In this document: piece after piece, positions 58,134 through 64,000 of the stretch
Layout of the letters: every line of letters begins with the position of its first letter
Numbering within the stretch: the first letter of the stretch is position 1
Assembly (NCBI GenBank): GCA_965243025.1
Contig: CBDETY010000003.1
Coordinates: 2,848,001-2,912,000 of the forward strand
Direction of reading: 5' to 3'
Origin: Candidatus Latescibacterota bacterium
GTDB lineage: Bacteria > Latescibacterota > UBA2968 > UBA8231
DNA: 64,000 nt
Made by a program: the position numbers and the translations under genes
Notes under the pieces: model-generated
Told to the model about the DNA's origin: nothing
What the model saw: only the letters and a program-made list of their open reading frames with translations
The model's database searches: none

Positions 58134-60062
58134 ATGCAAACCGGATCGCCGTTCAGCCTCAAGGGCCTGCTGGTCGGCACATCGCTGTCGGTCTTCATCG
58201 GCCTCGTCGGCACCTACGGCATGATGCACGCGTACGCCGAGATCGGGTTCAACCCCTCTTCTCCGGCGGCCGTATTCCTGTTTCTCGTCGTCACCCTGTT
58301 CGTCAACAGCGTTCTCCGCCTCGCGGCGCGGCCGCTCGCCCTTTCGAGGGCGGATCTCGTCCTCGTGTACGCGATGATGCTGATGTCGCTGACGGTGCCG
58401 ACCTGGGGGTTCCTCTTCTTCCTGTTCGGCACCATGGTCTGGCCCTTCTACCACGCCACCCCGGAGAACCGCTTCGGCGAGATGTACCTCGACTGGATCC
58501 CCGAGTGGATCGCCCCCCACGACCTCACCGCCATCAAGCATTACTACGAGGGGCTCCCCGAGGGGATGCCCCTGCAGTGGGGCGCCTGGCTGGAGCCGCT
58601 GGCGAACTGGTTCCTCTTCTTCCTCGTCATCGGCTTCATGCTGATCTGCCTGAGCGCCATCTTCCACCGCCAGTGGTCCTCCCACGAGCGCCTGACCTAC
58701 CCGATGATGCAGCTGCCGGAGCGGATGATCGAGGAGGGCGGCCCCGGACTGATCGCCCCGTTCTTCCGGGACAGGACCATGTGGATGGGGTTCTTCATTC
58801 CGTTCTTCCTGTTCAGTCTCTCCGGGCTGAACCATTTCCACCCGGTGATTCCGGCCTTTCCCTTCCACCACGCCCACATACCGCTGGCCGGCCCCGGCGT
58901 GAACCTGCCGATCGTCTTCAGCTTCGCCTGGGTCGGCTTCTTCTTTCTCGTCAACCTCGACATCACCTTCAGCATCTGGTTCTTCTTCGTCCTCTTCAAG
59001 ATCCAGAGGGCGGTCTTCACCACTCTCGGAATCGCCGGCAGCGAAGTGCTGAGCGCGTACGAGGGGGGAGGGGCGGAAACCGACATCACCCACCAGGCGA
59101 CGGGAGCGGCGATCGTCTTCGTCCTCTTCGTCGTCTGGAGCGCGCGCCGCCACCTCAAGGAGGCGGCGCTCAAGGCCTGGTCCGGGACCCGCGACCCGGC
59201 CGATGCGGAGGAGCTGCTCAGCTACCGCACCGCGGTGGTCGGCTTCGCCGCCGGGATGGTCTTCTTCGCCCTGTGGCTCTGGCGCACCGGGGTCCCGGCG
59301 GTGGTGATCCCGATCGTGCTGTTCGTCGGGCTGTGCTGGTACATCTTCATCACCCGGGTCGTGACCGGGGCGGGGGTCGCCTCGGCGCGGGGGCCCCTGG
59401 TGCCGGAGTTCTTCGTCATCTCCGGGTTCGGCACCGGCATTCTCGGAGCCAGGGGAATCGTCGCGCTCAACTTCACGCTGGTCTGGCAGGGAGAGATGCG
59501 CCAGTCGCCGATGATCGCCTGTTCCAACGCCCTGAGGCTGGCCGAGCGCGTCCGCGGACCCAAGGGCCGGCTGTTCTGGGGGCTGATGATCGCCCTGGCT
59601 GCGACGTTCCTCTCCGGCACCTGGATGATCATGACGATGACGCACGAGCACGGCGCCCTGAACCTCTTCAACATCAACTGGGTCGGGGTCCACGGCTGGC
59701 AGCTGCTGCCGCCGGTCATGACCGAGATGCCGGGGGCGTACATGCGCGGCTGGTTCTTCACCGCGGTCGGGGGCGCGGCGCAGTTCTTCCTCGTGTGGGC
59801 GCAGCATCGATGGTTCTGGTGGCCGCTACACCCGATCGGCTTCGCCATCGGCACCGGCTTCCTGACCGGGATGCTGTGGTTCTCCGCCTTCGTCGCCTGG
59901 CTGCTGAAGGCGGTCGTTCTCAAGGTCTGGGGAGGAAGGACCTTTCAGAACCTCAAGACCTTCTTCCTCGGACTGATCGTCGGCGAGGCGAGCGTTGCCG
60001 GTTTCTGGTGGATCGTCTTCTGGATTTCGGGGGAACGGGGAACCCTGATCACGCAGATGTAG
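58134..60062 (+). CDS. Polytopic membrane protein (DUF6785/OPT-like putative transporter)
   Basis: Many TM segments; RQWSSHERLTYP and WWPLHPIGF motifs typical of this family. Confidence 0.75.
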   Translation: MQTGSPFSLKGLLVGTSLSVFIGLVGTYGMMHAYAEIGFNPSSPAAVFLFLVVTLFVNSVLRLAARPLALSRADLVLVYAMMLMSLTVPTWGFLFFLFGTMVWPFYHATPENRFGEMYLDWIPEWIAPHDLTAIKHYYEGLPEGMPLQWGAWLEPLANWFLFFLVIGFMLICLSAIFHRQWSSHERLTYPMMQLPERMIEEGGPGLIAPFFRDRTMWMGFFIPFFLFSLSGLNHFHPVIPAFPFHHAHIPLAGPGVNLPIVFSFAWVGFFFLVNLDITFSIWFFFVLFKIQRAVFTTLGIAGSEVLSAYEGGGAETDITHQATGAAIVFVLFVVWSARRHLKEAALKAWSGTRDPADAEELLSYRTAVVGFAAGMVFFALWLWRTGVPAVVIPIVLFVGLCWYIFITRVVTGAGVASARGPLVPEFFVISGFGTGILGARGIVALNFTLVWQGEMRQSPMIACSNALRLAERVRGPKGRLFWGLMIALAATFLSGTWMIMTMTHEHGALNLFNINWVGVHGWQLLPPVMTEMPGAYMRGWFFTAVGGAAQFFLVWAQHRWFWWPLHPIGFAIGTGFLTGMLWFSAFVAWLLKAVVLKVWGGRTFQNLKTFFLGLIVGEASVAGFWWIVFWISGERGTLITQM

Positions 60063-60159
60063 GGTGACAACCGCTGGAGGGAGGTTCTCCGCGGGAGCCG
60101 GAAAGATTGCATGCCAGAAAGCCCGCGGCCCCGGTGGGACCTCGACGGGAAATGGTTTC

Positions 60160-61731
60160 TCAGTGGTCCTCCGGCGAGCGGGCCGGCTGCGATTTTCTCA
60201 GCCGTTCGAACTCCGCCATGGCCGCGGCGGCTTCTTCCGCCCGCCCCAGCTGTCCGTACACCCGGGCAAGGCCCATGTGCGCCGGCCCGTACCCGGGCTC
60301 GAGGGCAAGGGCGCGCTCGAATGCTGCCACGGCGCGCTGGGGCTCCCCGGAGAGGGCGAGTGCCCCTCCGAGGCCGGCGTGGGCCGATACCCGGGTCGAG
60401 TCGATCGCCAGCAGGCGTTCGTACGTCTCGACGGCGCGCGGAAGCTGCCCCATGCCGAGGAACACGAAGGCGAGGTTGCCGAGAGCCTCGACGTCTCCTG
60501 GAAGGATCTGCAGTCCGACTTCGAGCGCCTGCGAGGCGGCCAGCGGCCGCACCAGGTGGGAGTAGAGACTGCCGAGTTCGAGAAAGGCGGCGCCGTCTGT
60601 CTGATCGAGGGCTATGGCGACCTTCAGCCGCCGGATCTCCTCCCGGTGATCGCTGAGGTGCTCGAGGTATTCCGCCATCAGCCGCGCCTTGTCCTCCGCG
60701 CCGATGCGCCGGTACGCCCTCCCCAGAGCGGCACAGGCTTCGAGCAGGTCGGGATCCCCGAAGACCGCCCTTTCCAGCCAGGGAACGGCCTCGGCCTCGC
60801 GCCCTTCCTCGACCAGCAGGATGCCCCGCTCCGCGGCGAGGTCGATCTTCAGCGAGTCGATCTCCGTGCCGGCTTCGACTGCCGCGCCTGCGGATGCCAG
60901 GTCGCCGCCCCGGCGGTGAATCCTGGCCATGGCGGCGTGCGCCGGGAAGAAGGCGGGATTCTCCCGGGCTAGCCGGGCGGCCTGCTCCAGTGCCCCCTCG
61001 TAGTCGCCGGCCTCGCTCAGCAACTCGGCGAGCCGCAGCCGGAGCCCAATGCTCTCCGGGATATGATCGAGCCCACGACGCAGGGCGGCGACCGCCAGGG
61101 AATCCAAGCCCTGGCGCAGGTGAGTTTCGGCGAGCTCGAAGTGCACCCGGTCAGGTGACGGATCGATTGCCGCTGCCCGGTCGAACCCGGCGGCGGCCTG
61201 CTCCCAGCGCTCCAGGCGGGCGGCGACGAGGCCCTGGAGGAAATGCAGCCCGGCGGTGGGGGGCGCCGCCTCCCGGGCGTTTTCCAGTATGGCTGCGGCG
61301 TCATCGTTACGCCCCACGGCCGCGAGCGTCCGCCCCAGACCCATCCAGGAATCGGTGTGCCCCGGATCGAGGCGGATCGCCGCCCTGAACTGCTCCTCGG
61401 CGCCGCCATAGTCGCGGTCTCGGCGCAGGGCTTCCGCCAGCCAGTAGCGGGAGTCCCGGTCGCTCGAGTCCGCCCTGACGAGGGCCCGCAACCGCAGGAC
61501 GCCCCCCGGAGGCAGGTCCGGCTCGGAATCCCCCTCGCCGACGTGAATCCGCGGCACCGAGAGCGGGGCCGACATCAGGCTGCTGCGCAGGCCGGCGGCG
61601 TCGACGGAGGAGGAGGAGGCAGGGGCGGCGGGAGGCGAGTCGGGACCGTTTTCGACGCCGTCGGGCTCGGGCTGGGTCCCGCACGCGGACAGAAGTGCGA
61701 GTGCGAGAATCCTTGCTGCGATCGCGTTCAT
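60160..61731 (-). CDS. Tetratricopeptide-repeat lipoprotein
   Basis: ATG 61731; lipobox LLSAC; many TPR units (e.g. AEEQFRAAIRLDPGH, AFERALALEPGY). Confidence 0.88.
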   Translation of the reverse strand: MNAIAARILALALLSACGTQPEPDGVENGPDSPPAAPASSSSVDAAGLRSSLMSAPLSVPRIHVGEGDSEPDLPPGGVLRLRALVRADSSDRDSRYWLAEALRRDRDYGGAEEQFRAAIRLDPGHTDSWMGLGRTLAAVGRNDDAAAILENAREAAPPTAGLHFLQGLVAARLERWEQAAAGFDRAAAIDPSPDRVHFELAETHLRQGLDSLAVAALRRGLDHIPESIGLRLRLAELLSEAGDYEGALEQAARLARENPAFFPAHAAMARIHRRGGDLASAGAAVEAGTEIDSLKIDLAAERGILLVEEGREAEAVPWLERAVFGDPDLLEACAALGRAYRRIGAEDKARLMAEYLEHLSDHREEIRRLKVAIALDQTDGAAFLELGSLYSHLVRPLAASQALEVGLQILPGDVEALGNLAFVFLGMGQLPRAVETYERLLAIDSTRVSAHAGLGGALALSGEPQRAVAAFERALALEPGYGPAHMGLARVYGQLGRAEEAAAAMAEFERLRKSQPARSPEDH

Positions 61732-62335
61732 CTGGGAATCAGTCGTCGGAGGGGACTGAAAAATAAGGGAATCCACGTTGCCCGGGTAAAACCCGATGGG
61801 GGCTGCACCGGCCGCTCGTGGGGCTGCCTGGAGCCGGCGGTCACCTGATGCGATGGAGAACGACGCCAGCGATGCCTCCCTGTTCCTGCAACCTGGTCCC
61901 CGGCGTGGAATGACCGGAAGCAGTCCGCTCCCTGTGGAGAAGAGCTGCGACTGCCCACTCGGGAAACCTGCCGATTGCGTGGCAGGGTCCACGCCGACAT
62001 ACTTAGCAAGCTGTATGCGAGCGGCGGCAAGGAGGATTGCTCCACGGAGCAGTCGATTCCTGCCACATGACAACCCGGGAATTCCCTGGATCTGATCTCG
62101 TCAAACCTTCGCTGCGGTACGTCCCCATCCTGGTTTTCGAACTCACCGGGAAGCTGCCGCGGGTCTCCCCTGGGCAACCGCTCCCCGGCGGGCACCGTCG
62201 GAATAACTCCGGTGGGCTCCTGCCCCCAACCGTCCACCTCCCCGCGGGAAGGCCTGCACCGATGAAGGCGAATTCAGTGTTCAGCGACCCCGTCCCGGGG
62301 GTCGGCCTGCCCCCGGAAAGGGCTCAGGTCATTCG

Positions 62336-63097
62336 ATGAAAATCGCGGTTTTCGGCGCCGCCGGCTGGGTCGGGCGGGCAATCCTCGACAATCTTTCCCA
62401 CGGCCACCATGTGCGCGCCTGTGACCGTTCCGCCGAGGCCTGGAAGGCCGTCGCCCGGATCGACGGCGAATGGCGCGGCGAGCTCGTCCACGGGGACGTC
62501 GCCGACTACGGCAGCGTCGACCGCGCCCTGGAAGGGATGGACGCCGTCGTGCACGCCGCGGTGTACTTCTCGGGGGCGCCCGGCGCCTACGGGGTGGACG
62601 ACGACCTGCCTTTCCTGGTCAATCTCAAGGGGCTCTGGAACGTGCTCGAAGCGGCGCGCACGCGGGGGATCCGGCGGGTCGTCCACATCGGTTCCTGCCA
62701 GGTGGTGCACCCTGAAGGGGTCTTCTTCAGCTCCGAGGTGCGCCGGCCGGACGCCGGCCTCTACCCGGTGACCAAGAGGCTGCAGGAGGAGATGTGCCGC
62801 CAGTACCACGACGCCTTCGGGATGTCGATCGTCGTGCTGCGCCCCTGCTCGATCGTCGACCTGAGGAAGGGTATCAACAAGCTGGGGGAACCGCTGAAGC
62901 CGGGCTCGTGGAACGTGAGCTGGGTCTGCCGCCACGACCTGGCGCAGGCGTGCCGGCTGGCGCTCGAGAAGGAGGGGATCGGGCTCGAGGTGCTCAACAT
63001 CGCCGGGGATCCGGAAGCGGAACGGCACTGCAACGTCGACAGGGCCCGGGAGATCCTCGGCCTGGAGTTCGCAGGAAATGCCGAACCCTACCGGTGA
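62336..63097 (+). CDS. NAD-dependent epimerase/dehydratase (uronate dehydrogenase-like)
   Basis: AVFGAAGWVG, HAAV, VNLKG, YPVTK (YxxxK), VLRP. Confidence 0.9.
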   Translation: MKIAVFGAAGWVGRAILDNLSHGHHVRACDRSAEAWKAVARIDGEWRGELVHGDVADYGSVDRALEGMDAVVHAAVYFSGAPGAYGVDDDLPFLVNLKGLWNVLEAARTRGIRRVVHIGSCQVVHPEGVFFSSEVRRPDAGLYPVTKRLQEEMCRQYHDAFGMSIVVLRPCSIVDLRKGINKLGEPLKPGSWNVSWVCRHDLAQACRLALEKEGIGLEVLNIAGDPEAERHCNVDRAREILGLEFAGNAEPYR

Positions 63098-64000
63098 CCC
63101 CGGCAAGGAGCGAGCCCGCCTTCGCGGGCCAATGCTGCTGGCCGGGGCGGCCATTGCCCTCGCTTTACCGGGGCCGGCAGCCGCAGCCCCTGCTGGCGCC
63201 GGCGAAACCGCGGACTTCGCCGAAATCCTCGCCACCGAGGAGGCGATTCTCTCCCTGACCCCCCGCCTGAAAAAGCTCGGAAGGGACGTGCTGAATCTGC
63301 AGCTTCCCCACCGCGCCGGGGCGGGGTTGTTCGCCGACGAGGTATCGTTCACCGACCTGGCGGTCCCGGGGCCGCCTTCCGGCGAGGAACTTGCGGGCCT
63401 GGCGGTGCGTTCGTCGGAGTGGCCGCTGGACGGCGCGGCACGCACGGCCCCCTCGTCCTCGCTGCGCTTCTGGGCTCCCCTGTTCGACCAGGTCGAGTAC
63501 TTCGAGCACGCCAGATTCCATTTCGAGCGGGGGAACTTCCTCGACGCGGGACGGCGGCGATGGGAGGCCGTCATCGCCTTCACCGGCGCCGCCCGCACCC
63601 GGAGCGGAACCCTGCTGGCGGTTGCGGCCAAGCTCGCCACCCGGTGGAAAGCCGGGCCGGACCCGGGGTCCCCGGGTGGGGCGAAGCCGGCCTGGGAGGA
63701 CTGGCGGATCGAGCGCTGGCACCTGATGAGCCTGACCACCCACGAGGCCGCCGATCCCCTCTTTTCCGATGTCCTCGACAGGGCCCTGCCGCAGGAAGTC
63801 GACCGCATGCGGGCGCGCGAGTCGATCCAGGAGCAGCTCGTCGTCGCCTGGGGCAGGGACCTGATCGCCGGCACCAACCGGTTCGAGAAACCGCACGTCC
63901 TGTTCGACATCTCCTCCCTCTACCAGAAACCGGGCGTATCGGTCGTCGACATCGACAGGGACGGGTACGACGACATCTACGTCATGCCGTCGTGGGGGAA
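63078..64000 (+). CDS. Secreted FG-GAP/VCBS-repeat (CRTAC1/ASPIC-UnbV-like) protein, 3'-truncated by window edge
   Basis: The frame is open to the window end (not in the ORF track). Signal peptide MLLAGAAIALALPGPAAA (alternative start 63132); ends PGVSVVDIDRDGYDDIYV, an FG-GAP Ca-binding motif. Confidence 0.78.
   Translation, partial: MPNPTGDPGKERARLRGPMLLAGAAIALALPGPAAAAPAGAGETADFAEILATEEAILSLTPRLKKLGRDVLNLQLPHRAGAGLFADEVSFTDLAVPGPPSGEELAGLAVRSSEWPLDGAARTAPSSSLRFWAPLFDQVEYFEHARFHFERGNFLDAGRRRWEAVIAFTGAARTRSGTLLAVAAKLATRWKAGPDPGSPGGAKPAWEDWRIERWHLMSLTTHEAADPLFSDVLDRALPQEVDRMRARESIQEQLVVAWGRDLIAGTNRFEKPHVLFDISSLYQKPGVSVVDIDRDGYDDIYVMPSWG

Noticed and set aside
61900-62000. Possible cobalamin riboswitch (gcccactcgggaaacctgcc)
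   Set aside because: Only a fragmentary resemblance; the conserved core and a B12-related downstream gene are missing.
567-63910. Many long antisense or alternate-frame ORFs (e.g. 4019-6382, 16306-18819, 28005-30170, 30256-32646, 32111-34381, 45505-47697, 62324-63910)
   Set aside because: They are Arg/Pro/Gly-rich shadows of real genes caused by high GC and stop-codon scarcity, and carry no family motifs.

Overview
A very GC-rich bacterial window with about 45 protein-coding genes. I found no rRNA, tRNA, CRISPR array or intact transposase. Several features suggest an uncultured FCB-related heterotroph such as Latescibacterota or Poribacteria-like, possibly sponge-associated (inference only): a secreted protein ending in TWGRIKA, large proteins ending in FTPNxDxxND/FlgD-Ig domains, many Gfo/Idh/MocA, PhyH, enolase and UxuA-like catabolic enzymes, and a DUF6785-type membrane protein. 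Three loci stand out. (1) 13.7-24.0 kb: a tripartite RND pump is followed by a GPP34(GOLPH3)-cytochrome P450 fusion and an ERG6/SMT-type sterol C24-methyltransferase, with a convergent Rieske oxygenase of the sterol-acting type. This is a candidate bacterial sterol modification and export system. (2) 3.9-8.5 kb: an ACP, a subtilase fused to a DUF1611-like P-loop domain, a BtrH-like protein and a sigma-region-4 protein lie next to a MacAB-type exporter, interleaved with copies of a CTAG-flanked MITE. This is a candidate cut-and-acylate peptide maturation module. (3) 50.7-53.2 kb: an AAA/ABC ATPase (DUF3696 type), a PIN nuclease and an RNA ligase form a candidate conflict/defence module. Also present are a deleted vapBC pseudogene pair and a LamG domain split by seven FDGRYxY repeats. 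All family assignments come from motif recognition by eye; no searches were run.
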